Positions 34,610 to 46,560 of a stretch of DNA of 64,000 nucleotides are shown here, piece after piece. The DNA is from Apus apus (taxonomy: Eukaryota), in the NCBI RefSeq assembly GCF_020740795.1, contig NC_067310.1, forward strand, positions 429,940 to 493,939, given 5' to 3'. Under the pieces are notes generated by a model. That model was not told the origin of the DNA. It did not search any database and saw only the letters and a list, made by a program, of their open reading frames with translations. The translations under genes and the position numbers were made by a program. Positions within the stretch are counted from its first letter, which is position 1. The number at the start of each line of letters is the position of its first letter.

Positions 34610-34737
34610 TCATCAGTGTCCTTGATGGTCTGGAGGGCCTGGAGCAGCAGCCCCTCATCCTCAGAGAGCACGTAGACATCCTCGATGCCAGCCTGGAGGC
34701 GCTCACCTGGCTGCAGGAAGAAGGACTTCTCCCCCTG
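34610..34737 (-). CDS. MVP: MVP exon ([42 protein letters not shown])
   Basis: Matches [43 protein letters not shown]. Confidence 0.85.
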
Positions 34738-35380
34738 GAGACACGGGGACATGTCATGAGCAGGGCAGGAAGGTGGCAGGGTGGTGAGGACATGGGGCAG
34801 GGGCATGGGGACATGGTGGCACACAGGGCAGGGATACATGGGGGATGTCTTAGGGTCCCTGTGGGCCACTTTCAAGATCTTCAGGGGTGTCTACAGGTAT
34901 GGCAGGGCCAACTTCAGGTTCCTGGTGGCTTCCTGCAGGTTCTTATGGAAGCTAAAGGTCTTAGGGTACCTTAGGACCACCTTTGTGACCTTTGGGGATG
35001 CACTTGGGCACCTCAGGGCCACCTGTGGTCCTCAGGTCCCCTCAGGGACCCTTGGGGACAACTCAAGGGTATGTGAGGATCCCTCAAGGACACCTTATGG
35101 ACCTTCAGGGACACGTCAAGGGTATACTGTGTCCCTTGGGGCCACCTTGGAGACTTTTGGGGTCTCCTCCACATATACAAAGTTCCCTTCGAGCCAGCCA
35201 GGTGTCCCTTGGGGCCGTCCTTGGGTTCTGAGAGCCACACTTGGGTCTCTTGGGGCACCCAATCGAGGTGCATCATGTAAGTTTTGGGGGTCCCTTGAGG
35301 ACCACCTTTGGTGCACCTACATGCAAGCTAAGGTTAGGTCCCTTGGGGCCACCTGCAGGTCCCCAGGGGCTACCCTGCCC

Positions 35381-35617
35381 ACCTTGATGACGCGCTGCTG
35401 GCCCAGCTGGGGCTGCCCGTTGGGCCCCACGGGGTCGAGGACGACGCAATACTGCCGGGGGCCCAGCGTGGTCACCGTCACCTCAGCCACCACCTCCTCA
35501 AAGACCTCAGGGATGTAGGCCTCACTCTGCGCCTGCGTCACCAGCCACTCCTCGCCCGTGCGCCGCACCCGGCCCTGCTCGTCCTCAAAGGTCCTCGTGG
35601 CCCGGAGGTGCAGGGCC
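35381..35617 (-). CDS. MVP: MVP exon ([78 protein letters not shown])
   Basis: Matches [79 protein letters not shown]. Confidence 0.85.
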
Positions 35618-35927
35618 TTCTACAGGGTGGGGGACACACACAGGGGAATGTGGGGGACTAGTGGGACACCCATGGGTGCAGGTGCCACAGGAAGACAGTG
35701 GCTTGGAGATCCCCAAGTCCCCTGGAGGCTTGGGTCCTCATCACCCACAGGGGCAAAGGGTTGAGGCCATGGAGAGGATCAGGGGGGAGATGGGACCCGT
35801 CACCCTTCCCTGGAGGGTTCCTGTCACCCATGGGTGCAGGGTAATAGGGACACAGGACCCCCAAACCCAACCCAGAGGGGTCTACCCACCCTGGGCACCC
35901 AGGAGGAGAGGGTGAGGATGGACAAGT

Positions 35928-36027
35928 ACCTTGTCGGTGAGGATGTAGGCGTCCACCACATCCACCACCTCCTCGTAGACCCCAGGCAGGTAGGCGCCCA
36001 CCTGCTTCACCAGCCACTCCTCCCCTG
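35928..36027 (-). CDS. MVP: MVP exon ([31 protein letters not shown])
   Basis: Matches [31 protein letters not shown]. Confidence 0.85.
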
Positions 36028-36780
36028 GGAGCAGGGGCAGGGGTGACATTGAGGTGCTCAGGGAGGGAAGGGGATGGGGAGCCCGAGGGGTGCTGGGGTG
36101 GGAGGGGGCTGAGGAGTAGGCAGCAAAGGGGGGGCCACAGGGGTGTTGAGGGCCCTGAAGGTCCTAAACATCCTAAGGGTGCTGAGGGCAAGGGGTCCTA
36201 CAGGTGGGGTGGCAGCCCTGAGGATGCTGGGGGTCCTAAAGGCGGGATGGGAAGAACCGGAGGGGTCTGGGTTGGGGGCCCTAGGGGAATTTGGGGTTCT
36301 GAGAGTCCTGTGGGTGCTGGGGGATAAGACGGGGGATCCCAGGGGTGCTGCAGGGGGGAAGGAGGGGTTATGGGGGCTGGGAGTGCTGGGGGTCCCAGAG
36401 GTGCTGTGGGGTGCGAGAGGAGTGTTGTGGAGGAGGGGTATGGGAGTGATGGGGCTTCCAGGGTCACTAAGGGATGGTAGAGGAATCCTGGGAATGCTGT
36501 GGAGTAGGGAAGGGGTGCTGGGGACTCCTGGAGGCCCCCAGGGGTTCCTGTCAGATGACACAAAGCTCCCAAGGGTGCTGGAGGGTAAGGGGACATGGGG
36601 TGGATACAGGGTGTCCCAGGGATGCATCCAGAGGGGGTCCCATGAGGGCCACCAGTGGCACGGGTGACATGGTGCCAGGTGACCCCAGGGAGAATGGGGG
36701 TGATATGGTGCCAGCTGATCCCAGGAGGGTGGTCTCTGTCCCCAGGAGCCCAGGGGTTGTCCCCAGGTGGTACCTGTCAC

Positions 36781-36904
36781 CCGGCGGGTGCCTGAACGGT
36801 CCAGACACTCCTTGCGCGCGCGCAGCCGGATCGCCTGGTTGTGCCCAATGACCGTGGCCTGAAGGGTCTCTGCCACCTCCACCTCCTTGCGGGGGATGTA
36901 GGTG
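36781..36904 (-). CDS. MVP: MVP exon ([44 protein letters not shown])
   Basis: Matches [44 protein letters not shown]. Confidence 0.85.
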
Positions 36905-36990
36905 CCTGTGGAGATGGGGGGAGGGCCTCTGTCAGCTCAAGGGGCCCACCCAGGGTATCCCAGAAGGGGTGACCCCCCCCCCAGCTCACC

Positions 36991-37113
36991 AGGACCCTCG
37001 AAGAGCCACTCATCTCCCGCCACGAACTTGTTCCCGTCCCGGTCCTGGAAGTCGAGCAGGGCCCGCAGGCGCAGGGCTGTGTCCGCCAGCACCGCCCGCA
37101 GGGGCGTGACACC
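36991..37113 (-). CDS. MVP: MVP exon ([42 protein letters not shown])
   Basis: Matches [47 protein letters not shown] acceptor and GTGAGC donor. Confidence 0.85.
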
Positions 37114-37149
37114 CTGGGGACAGAGGGGACAGCAGGGCTGGGACAGCGG

Positions 37150-37560
37150 TGGCACCGCCCAGGTGGGAAGGGGTTGGGGAGGACACCTGGGGACAATGGT
37201 GAGTGACACAGGGGGGATGAGGGGGACACTTGAGGACAATGGTGGGTGACATGGGGGGATGGGGATGGGGCACTTGGGGACAGTGGTGGGTGACATGGGG
37301 GGTAGGGATGAGGTGAGGGTACTTGGGGCAATGGTGGGTGACACAGGGGGGTCACTGTAGGGGCTAAGGGGCATGGTTGGGGTCCATGGGGGTATAGGAG
37401 GTCATGGGGGGGCTAGAGGATGTTCTTGGGGGGCTATAAGAGTGCATGTGGGGCCTACAGAAGGCCCTGGGGAGATACAGGAGGTCCTGGGGGGGCTATA
37501 GGAGGCAGTGTGGGGGGGTGCTGTGGTGGCCACAGGAGCTGCCCAGGCCTCAGGAACCGC
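37150..37560. repeat. Intronic G-rich tandem repeats (ggtgggtgacatggggggatgggg.. / ggggctataggagg..) in an MVP intron
   Basis: Direct reading of the sequence. Confidence 0.7.
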
Positions 37561-37679
37561 GGGAGATGGCAGAGCTGCTGGGGCTCGGGGGGGGACATGG
37601 GAGGCTAAGGCAGGTGACGGGGGCGGGGGCTATGGAACCTTGGGGGCCAGAGGAGCCACAGGGGGAGCCCTGGGGGTAC

Positions 37680-37884
37680 CTGCTGGATCTCCTCGCCAGG
37701 GTAGAGTGGGAAGGGCTCCTGGGCCAGGCGTATGTCCAGGTCGCCGTGGCGCAGCCGGGCCTGGCCAGACCCGTCCAGCAGCGCCGCCCCCCCCGGGCCC
37801 CGCTCCACCGGGTTCAGCACCAGGCAGTAGTGCCGGGGAGGCACCAGCACCATGGCCCGGGGGGCAAACACCACCCTGCAGGGA
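37680..37884 (-). CDS. MVP: MVP exon 2 of the coding region ([24 protein letters not shown]...[25 protein letters not shown])
   Basis: CCTGCAG acceptor and GTACCC donor. Near-identical to the mammalian MVP region ..[41 protein letters not shown]... Confidence 0.85.
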
Positions 37885-37939
37885 CACAAGGGAACCCTCT
37901 GCTGCCCTCAGCTCTACAGAGCCCCCCAGGGGGATCTAC

Positions 37940-38460
37940 AGAGCCCACTGACCCCCCTCAGAATCATCCCAGAATGACTGAGGCTGGATAAGATCTGAGA
38001 TAATCGAGTCCAGCCCGTGACCTGACACCCCCACATCTCCAGACCATGGCACTAAGTGCCACCTCCAGCCTTTCCTGGAGCACCTGCAGGGACGGTGCCT
38101 CCACCACTTCCCTGGGCAGTCCATTCCAATGTCTGATCATCCTTTCCATGAGGAAGTGCTTCCTAATGTCCAACCTAAACCTACCCTGGAGCAGCTTCAG
38201 CCCAGGCCCTCTTGTCCTGTCACTGGTTTCCTGGGAGAAGAGCCCAGACCCCACCTGACCACAACCTCCCTTCAGGTAGTAGAGTAAGAAGGTCCCCCCT
38301 GAGTCTCCTCCAGGCTAAACAAGCCCAGGTCCCTCAGCCTCTCCCTGTCCCTTCACCAGCCCTGTTGCTCTCCTCTGGACCTGCTCCAGCACCTCAGGAT
38401 CTTCCTTGAAGTGAGTGGCCCAGAATTGCATCCAGGACTCGACGTGGGACCACAAAAGCC
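37940..38460 (-). mobile_element. CR1 3' fragment within MVP intron 1
   Basis: The minus-strand ORF ..[50 protein letters not shown] matches the CR1 ORF2 C-terminus. Confidence 0.8.
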
Positions 38461-38916
38461 CTAGGAAGCCCTACAGAACCTCCAGGGCCCTGTAGAAGCC
38501 TCAAGCTCACCAGCCCTACAGAGCCCCACAGCCATAGGAGTGTTCACCTACTGCCCCATGGGATCCCCATCACCCCATAGGGCCCCTGCAGCCCTACAGA
38601 GCCCCCCCACATCCCCAGGGCCCTATAGGACTCAAATGCTCCCCAGGGCCCATGGAGCCCCATAGTCCTCAAGAGGCTCCTAGTACCCACTAGGGCCCTG
38701 ATGAGCACCCAGAGCTCCTCCAGATCCTCTCAAGTGGCCCCACAGGATCCCTCAAACACCTCCTCCAGCTCCACAGAGAGCTCCCCCTCTTCATCCAGGT
38801 TGCCCAAGAGCCACACAAACCCACCCCTGCCCCATAGCCCCACACTGGGCAGTCCTTCCAGGCACAGAGGTGGGACCCATCATCCTGGAGATCCCCTCCT
38901 GCCCCACAGAACCCAC

Positions 38917-39035
38917 CTCTCATGATCCTGTCGGATGTAGGTGTGGGGCCCGACCTCCACGCGGGTGACATTGCTGTTGAGGTCCAGCACATGGACATAG
39001 TGGTAGGGGGGGATGCGGATCACGGGATCCTCCAT
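38917..39035 (-). CDS. MVP: MVP first coding exon (ATG at 39035..39033)
   Basis: Translation [39 protein letters not shown], followed by a GTGGGT donor. It matches the MVP N-terminus [39 protein letters not shown]. Confidence 0.85.
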
Positions 39036-39477
39036 GGGGCAGGTGGCTTCACCGTGGGGCAGGAGACCTTCCTGGGGTGGAGATGAGATTGCTGTGGGGC
39101 AGAAGAGATTGCTGTGTGGCAGAAGAGATGATTGCTGTGGGGCAGATGATTAACATGGGGTGGATCCGCTCATTGCACAGGGTGGGGCAGACGGAAGACC
39201 TGGTCACGGAGCTCCTGGTGAGGTGGAAGCCCTTGTCATGGGGTGGAAAAAACTTGCCATGGGGGCACACATGGGGGGACTGTATGGGCAGCTCATGGTG
39301 AGTGGGGGGAGATAGGCAGAAGGGTCCCCCCATGGGGGAGTCTAAGTGGGGTGGGAGCCCTTGGCACCAGATGGGGAAGGTGCAGGACAGGCACTGGGAG
39401 GTGAGTGGGGTTGCTGGGGGGATGGAGGAGCTGCACACAGGGTGGGACAGAGCCCAAGGGGCAGGGAGTCCCTCCAG

Positions 39478-39740
39478 GGGTGGGGAAGGGCTGCTGTGGG
39501 GCAGGCAGGGCTGCTGTGGGGCAGGCAGGGTTGCTGTGGGGCAGGGAGATTTGCTGTGGGGCAGGCAGGTTTGCTGTGGGGCAGGCAGGGTTGCTGTGGG
39601 GCAGGCAGGGCTGCTGTGGGGCAGGCAGGGTTGCTGTGGGGCAGGCAGGGCTGCTATGGGGCAGGCAGGGCTCCTATGGGGCAGGCAGGGTTGCTGTGGG
39701 GCAGGCAGGGTTGCTGTGGGGCAGGCAGGGTTGCCATAGG
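39478..39740. repeat. 21-bp minisatellite (ggctgctgtggggcaggcagg), about 12-13 copies, between the MVP ATG exon and the promoter CpG island. Related degenerate copies lie at 39060-39170.
   Basis: Direct reading. It is nearly perfect, with the sixth repeat base alternating c/t. Confidence 0.9.
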
Positions 39741-39769
39741 ACTGGGGAGGGGGGGAGACCTCACCGTGG

Positions 39770-40110
39770 GGCCGGAGAGCTCCGCGTGGGGCAGGACAGC
39801 TCGGCCTGTGGGTCGGGAGCTCCCGGAAGAGCCTTCGCCGGCCCAGCCCCGCGGACAAGGCCCGGCCCAGCCCCGGGGCCTCCCCCGCCGCCCCGGGCGG
39901 GACCTGCCGCTCCCAGGCTGCATTTCCCTCTCCCGGAGCTCGGCTCCCCCCTCCCCCCGCCGGGCCGAGGTGTTTCCCAGCAGCGCCGGGAGAAGCGGGC
40001 GCGGCCTCCGGGGCAGCGGGGGCGGCCCCGGGCCCCGTTGTTCGGCAGCGGCCGCGGGCCGGGGGTGCGGGGTGCGGTGACAGGCCCTGGGAAGCGGGAC
40101 ACAAACCACC
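39770..40110 (-). promoter_or_regulatory. MVP: CpG island, probably the MVP promoter plus a non-coding first exon
   Basis: Extreme CpG density immediately 5' of the gene (minus strand), about 0.75 kb upstream of the ATG exon. The intervening sequence is probably a 5'-UTR intron. Confidence 0.5.
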
Positions 40111-41208
40111 CCCCCGGGCATGGATCCACAAATGAGTCAGCCCCTGTCACCCCATGTCACCTGCAGGCACCACCAGCCTGCAGCTCCGCAGCAGCAGCCG
40201 GGGGGGCCACCCCCCATCGCCCCTCACCCCGGTTTCCCTCTGCTGTGCCAGGGATCCCTGCGGACCCGCCCTCGGGCCGCCTCTGCCGGGGGACACGGGA
40301 GGGGGCACAGATGGGGACGATGAAGGGGACGTGGGGCACTGGGGGCATTCAGCGACGGGTGAGGGGACAAGGGGCAAGGGAGGGGGTGCTGGCGTCCAGG
40401 TGGGTGTGGGTGGCACTAGCGGGTGATGGGGCGACTGAGGGAAGAGTGGCAGGGAGCACTGGGTGGGACTGGGGGAAAGGGGACCTGGAGAGCACTGGGG
40501 AGGAGTGACATGTAGAGGGGCTGGGTGGGAACATGAGAACAAGGGGAAGATAGAGGGGGGGTGAGCCTGATGGGACACAGGAGCAGGGGAGAAATGTGGA
40601 GACGGGTTGGGGGGTGAGACAGAGACCAGGGGATATTTGGGAGCTCCTCCTTGACACCTCCTACCCCAGGTGCCACTGTCATCAGTGCCACCCCGGGGCC
40701 AGGGTGGAGGCCAATAGGTGGGGGGTGGGGGCTGTCTCTGTCTTCAGAGTGGAGGTCACAGTGATGGTGCCCCCTGGTGTGTCCTTAGGGTCTGGGGTGG
40801 TGATGGATCCCCACCACCTCCAATATGAGCATTGGTCCCCAGGGACAGGGTGTTACCACCGAACACCACCCTCTTCTCTGTAGGCCAACTTGCCCAGCAC
40901 TCTAGGGACACACCTGTCACCTCCAGGCCCCCAGCTCAAAGACAGGGAGCACCAACCTTCTGTTTTTTCCTGAAGATCTCTGTCCCTGGGTTGTCAGGGA
41001 GCAGGGCTCCCATGCAACTGGGACCCTTGGAGACCTGGCTCCAAGGGAGCTCTGCCCAGACAGAGTGGGCTGGAGAGGATGTGTTCCCTGGACTCCCAAG
41101 TCCCCCAGATGCAAGCTGAGGTGGTTGGGTGGGCAGAAGGCACCTGGGCACCTCCAGAACCTGAGGGGGTGATGCAGGAGGTGGAGGCTGGGGGGTTGGG
41201 TCCCTCGG

Positions 41209-41807
41209 TGTGGGAAACTGTTCTTTTCTTCCCCACATAAGTCTAAACAAAATGTCTTTTAAGCCAGCGAAGGCCTCTCCTGATTATCCCCAGCTAACGA
41301 ACTAAAACAGACTTGCTTCTCAAGGACAACTGAACCCAAAACAACAGCTGTGGCCCGGGACAGAAAGGATGGGCGACAAGCCACCCTGTGCCCCTGGCAG
41401 TCACCGCCCTAACGTGGGGCTGATGGACGCTCGTTGGCTCTGGGCAGTGACACTGACTGGACAGGTGGGTCAGGGGGGATCAAAGGGGCGAGGGCAGCAG
41501 GTGGGCCCTTCCCTCCTCCCTGAGGCCTGTTCGGACGCTTTCTGCCTGGGACACCCCCCTGCTGCGGACACTGGTGCTGGGACCCTGCCTGCCTGCCTGC
41601 CCCGGGTCCAGCCTGAGCCTCAGCGCCGAGCGTGCCGGGGTCCCGAGCCCTGGGGTCGGGGCCGGAGCCCCCTCCCCGTGTTGCTGCCCTGGAGGGGAAA
41701 CCAGCGGCCGCTGCACCCGCTGCCGAGAGGCTGCCCCTCCGACACCACGGACCTGCCGTCCTGCCTTCCGGCCACCGACCGACGCTGGACAAGCCGGAGG
41801 GGAACAT

Positions 41808-41845
<38 letters not shown>

Positions 41846-42310
41846 TCCTTTTCTCATACTTGCACACACAGCGCGACCTCTTAAGGAGGACCGGCGTCGG
41901 GTTTCCTTTCCTCCTCCCTCCTCCCTTTGGTCCTTAACCCTCTCCCTCAAAAGCTCAGGACCTCTTGCATTGCCTCCCTAAAAGACACTTTCTCACCACA
42001 TACATATTGGTATCCCTGGTAGCCATTCACACCTGCATTGTCCCTAAACACCATCCCTCGGTTTGTGTTAACCCTTAATAAACCTATTAGTTTGTGGAGC
42101 AAACCTTGGCTTCAGAGGCAATTTCTGAGCGTGGTGGGGTGGGGGTGCTTTCTAACTCCCCCCCTGAAATACGGCCCCGTGGTGGCCGTTCCTCTGTGAG
42201 AGGCAGCGCCGCGTGTGACCCTCGGGGTCATTCACAAACCCCTTCACATTGAGAGGGGGAGTCGCAAAAGGATCCTGACAGCCGGGAGCCCCCGGTACCG
42301 GCTTGCGACA
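41209..42310 (+). mobile_element. Solo LTR of the ERV-L-like family (1102 bp, TG..CA), flanked by a 5-bp target-site duplication CTCGG (41204-41208 and 42311-42315)
   Basis: Full-length alignment to the LTRs at 2437-3525 and 59287-60375 in inverted orientation. AATAAA lies on the plus strand within the LTR. Identical pentamers flank it, and there is no internal retroviral sequence. Confidence 0.85.
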
Positions 42311-42529
42311 CTCGGTCAACTGGGTAGATTGGAGAGTGAGCCACAGGATCGTTTAGGTTGGAAGGGATATCTTAAGGTCACCTGGTACAACCTGCTGTAC
42401 AGTGCATCATGCTGGGACAGGGCAAGAGCATCTAGTCAGGAGCAAGGGTAACAGCCCAAGGGGTCCAGGACATGCCCAGGAGAAACCACTGCATGCTTGT
42501 CCCAGCACTGTCACCTGCTCCCTGGGGCC

Positions 42530-42850
42530 TGGAGCCACAGAGTCACAGAATCATGTTAGGGGTTGGAAGGGACTTCTGAAGATCATCGAGTCCACCCCCC
42601 TGCTGCAGCAGGAACACCCAGGGCAGGTCATACAGGAACGTGTCCAGATGGGTCTTGGAAGGAGGCTCCACAGCCTCTCTGGGCAGCCTGTCCCAGGGCT
42701 CTGTCACCCTCACAGTGCAAAGTTTCTCCTCATCTTGAGGTGGAACTTCCTGTGTTGTCCCTTGGTGCCGTTTCCCCTGTACCCGTCACAGGCACCACTG
42801 AACACAGACTGGCCCATTCTTGACACCCACCCTGTATATATTTGGCTTCA
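42530..42850 (-). mobile_element. CR1 fragment
   Basis: It starts with cacagagtcacagaatcatgttaggggttggaagggac, then the CR1 antisense-frame peptide. Confidence 0.7.
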
Positions 42851-43394
42851 GTGTTGATCCTAATGTGAGCAGAAGATTGGGCTGGAGACCACTCAAGGTC
42901 TCTTGGTATGAGGGTGAGAAGGTCCAGCTGTGGAAGGGGTTAACCAGGCTGGCAGCAGCAACCCAAGGGGGAGTTTCCCTGGAGCTGAGATAAGCATCAT
43001 CCTCGTGATTCAGTCACCCTGGAGGGACAGCAGAGCATCTGGGGACCCATGGATGCTCACAGGGTGCTGGGTGCTGGTCTGCCACGTGCATTGCTCATTG
43101 TTTTGTGGTTTTATAGTTAGATTTTAGCAAAATTGTGTGCATTTCACCTCAAGGTACAATAAAAAATCCCCAACGCTACTAAATGTTCAGGAAAAGAGTG
43201 AGAGAACCAATAGCAAAGCAGCTGGCAAAGCCTGAACCCCTTGAGCCCTGAGGTTCAAAGTTGTTTACCTAAGAAGTGAAAGCAGAGGTTTGTCAGGTGC
43301 ATCCAGTGTTTTTAGCCTCACAGAAAAAGGAAATACATCATCTCCCTTTTTATCTTTGCAAACTCTTTTGTAATATCTCTAACATTCCTTACTT

Positions 43395-43600
43395 ATTATT
43401 ACTTAGCCCTGGAACAGGCTGGCAAGGAAGGTTGTGGAGTCTCCTTCTCTGGAGACTTTCAAGACCCATTTGGATGCATTTCTGAGTGACCTGCCCTAGT
43501 GACCTAGGTGGTCCTGCTCTGGCAGAAGGGTTAGACTCAATGATCTCCTGAGGTCCCTTCCAACTGTCACCATTCTGTGCTTGATTCTGTGATTCTGTGC
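43395..43600 (+). mobile_element. CR1 3' end
   Basis: ..PWNRLAREVVESPSLETFKTHLDAFLSDL.. and the terminal attctgtg octamer repeats. Confidence 0.8.
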
Positions 43601-45589
43601 TTATTATTCCTCTGTTTACACTGACAACAGTATAAATTATAGACTGCACAGTCCGTTGCCTTGTTGGACTAGAATCCTCTCTCTTGGCTACCTAGGATGT
43701 GTTTTTCTCTAATTGGTCTTATCCAATTCTTGCTGTTCCATGGTTATGCAAGCTCAGGTTTTATTCTGCATGTCCCTTATGTTCTCTTTTTATGTGTCAC
43801 ATAATCAGCAATTAAACTAATGACAATTATGCTCTCTATGCCCTCCCACCCAGATAGGAGAGAGAGAGAGGCAGGGGCAGAGTAAACAGGAGCTGAGGGT
43901 TGATACAGAGGTCAGGAAGGCACAAGCTGAGGGTTCAAAGGAGGTGGATGGACAGAGTCTCCCTGGACACTGGCCATGGACAGAAGATGAAGGAGAGAAG
44001 GGACTTGCTGAAAGTAGCAGCAAGTTTTCTTGATAATGCTGGAATGTTCATAGTTACTGCTGAGAGATCAAGGCCACTTTGCTCTGCTTGTTGAATCTGC
44101 TGCTTTGGACACTTAAAGAGCAGAAGAGTTGGATCTGCAACCCTCCTGTAGGGAGGAGCGGACTAGACAGGTGGCAAAACTGGCCAAACAGATTATTCCA
44201 CCCCATGTACACAATTATTGGTACAAATTCAGGGATTATGGAAGTCAAGTCCCTTCTCTCTTTCTCCAGGCTTTGGACCCTGAACACAAAGGAGACTTCT
44301 TGGTTTCGACCAGAGCTGGCTTTGGTGCCCAGTAGTGCCACACAACATACCACCCCTCCTGTCCTGAGTGACCACCATAACAGATGGAGCCCAAAGTCAT
44401 GGACCTGCTGACCTCAGGGGGCACTTTGTGGACACGTCACAGACATTTTACAGGGGTGGTCAACTGATGGAGGGAATGCTGTCTGGGTGTTATCCCAAAG
44501 GATGGGAAAGGGAGTGGTGGTTCCTGAGTATGTATTGGATGGTGTGGGAGATGACTCTGCCTTAAATGGTGTGAAATAAGGGGTGGAGTGTGGTGGTTTC
44601 AGCCTAGCTGCTCACTGAGCACCACACAGCTGCTCACTTCCAGCCTGGCAGAGCAGGAGGCCTTTTCATGCCCAGAGGGGTCTCAGGAGGGGTAGGCTGG
44701 GCTCAACCTTCCCTCCTCCTCCTCCCTGGGTTTTGTGGTTGAGTGGCGCTGCTGCGGCCTTGTTGCAAGGACACCCTGGGTTCTGGTGTTGGCAGAGGCC
44801 AGGAAAGACATTGCTCAGCACACTTAGTATGGTCCCCATGGGAAGGACATCTGCTTGTTGTTCCAGCTTTATTAAACAAAAATAATTCTTCAAACACTGT
44901 CATTTTAGAGGGGAGGATTTAATCTCTGCAAGGCTCAGCAGGGCCAGCAGCACAGCAACCTCAGGTTCCAGTTTGATGTTGGCATATCTCTTGCCAGGAT
45001 GAACATGACATCAGTTGCCAGGAACAAGACCAAGGCTTCAGTGCCCCAGGGGCAAGAGGTCTGCAGCAAAAGGAAGCAGAGCAGGCATGAACACCCACAG
45101 CCTGCAGAAACACCCAGGAGTCCCCTCCACTTCCTGCCAGCTCCACCCCTTTCCCTGGCCCGGAGGAGCAGGTGGGACAAACAGAGCAGCTGGAAGTTGC
45201 TGCTCAGGAATGCTCCATGTGCCCCCAACATGCTCCTCTGCCCACGAAGTGTGTCTCTGGAGCAGGAGCAGGCATGGCAGCCCCTGCCCAGGCCCTGTCC
45301 CTGCCCCACCAGCCCCAACCAGCACAGCTCTGCCCCTACTCACTCTTACCAATATTGTTCAGCTGGTCCTGCTCAGGGTCCTCAGGCACAGCAGAGCAAG
45401 TCCTGTGCATGGAGCTCCTGTCAGACCTGCCTAGCACAGCCCCAACGTGCCAGCTCGGCCACACATCCTCCTGCCCTTCCGCAGGGCTGGCCCCAGGCAA
45501 GGAGAGTCCTCAAGAGAGGACCCCAAAGACAGTGCCTGGGGGCTGTGGTTCACCGATGAACCTGACAGCCAACACTCTCAGAGTGCCTG

Positions 45590-45900
45590 AGGGTCATAGA
45601 ATCATAGAATCATCAAGGCTGGAAAAGACTTCAAGAGCATCAAGTCTACCCTACAACCCCTAACCACTAAACCAAACACCATGTCTACCCCTTTTTTGAA
45701 CATCTCCAGGGATGGTGCCTCCACCGCCTCTCTGGGAAGCCTGTTCCAAGGCCTCACCAATCCTTCTGTGAATAATTTTTTTCTAATATCCAGCCTGAAC
45801 CTCCCCTGGCACAGCTTGACCCCATTTCCTCTTGTCCTATAGCTGGTCACCAGGGAGAAGAGCCCAGCACTCACCTCACCACAACCTCCCTTCAGGTAGT
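45590..45900 (-). mobile_element. CR1 3' end
   Basis: Plus strand catagaatcatagaatcatcaaggctggaaaagac.. The minus-strand ORF ..[24 protein letters not shown] is CR1-like. Confidence 0.8.
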
Positions 45901-46429
45901 TGTAGAGGGTGATGAAGGTCTCCCCTCAGCCTTCTCCTCTCCAGGCTGAACAGCCCCAGGTCCTTCAGGTATGGCAGGCTTTGATGCAGGTGTTCTTCCT
46001 ACCTCCTCCTGCTGTGCTCTAACTGCAGGCTCTGGGTGGGCAGAGCTTTGATCCTGCAACGCAGGGCCAGTTGCCTCTGGCTGCACCTCCCTTCCTACTG
46101 CTCTCTCCACCCCTGTGAGCACTGCACCCCTGCATGCAGACCAGGTTCACTGGCCCAGAGCAGAGGGACCTGCCTGGGTGAGAGGGCTTTGTTCCTGGGA
46201 CTATCCGGCTTTCTGGGAGTAGGAACAGTCCCTGGCTCAAGTATCTGGGGTGACAAGCCACCATGGGATGACTATGGGGTGTCCCATGGGGTAGGTCACC
46301 AAGGGCCCCATTGTGACCTGCTGTCCACTGCAGGGGGGCAGGGACCCTGCTCACCACTGACCTCACTGGTCCTCTTGGGGTGTCCTCAGGCCCACCTGCC
46401 CATATGTTCCCTCAGAACCTTCCCATGGA

Positions 46430-46560
46430 TGTGGTAGAGTTGTCACCACTGGAAATTTTCCAGATGCAATTTGACAGGGTGCTGGCTAATCTCATTGGAA
46501 GTCCCTTTCCTATCAAAGGTTGGACCTCATGATCTCATGAGGTCCCTTCCACTCTGGGCT
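46430..46560 (+). mobile_element. CR1 3'-terminal fragment
   Basis: ..ggttggacctcatgatctcatgaggtcccttccactctgggctgttctaggattctaggatt. Confidence 0.7.

Larger units (their letters stand above)
27930..40110 (-). other. MVP: Major vault protein gene (MVP): gene span including the 3' UTR and the CpG-island promoter region. At least 16 coding exons were traced.
   Basis: Conceptual translation of the minus-strand exons reproduces MVP from the N-terminus ([45 protein letters not shown]...) through the vault repeat domains to the C-terminal coiled coil (..[27 protein letters not shown].., ..[33 protein letters not shown]..). The coding order is collinear and splice sites are AG/GT. Confidence 0.92.

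Noticed and set aside
39049-40508. 360-367-aa ORFs on both strands across the MVP 5' minisatellite and CpG island
   Set aside because: The frames are kept open by the 21-bp (a multiple of 3) tandem repeat and by CpG-island composition. The translations are repetitive, such as (AGLLWGRQGCCGAGRVAVGQ)n. They are not coding.
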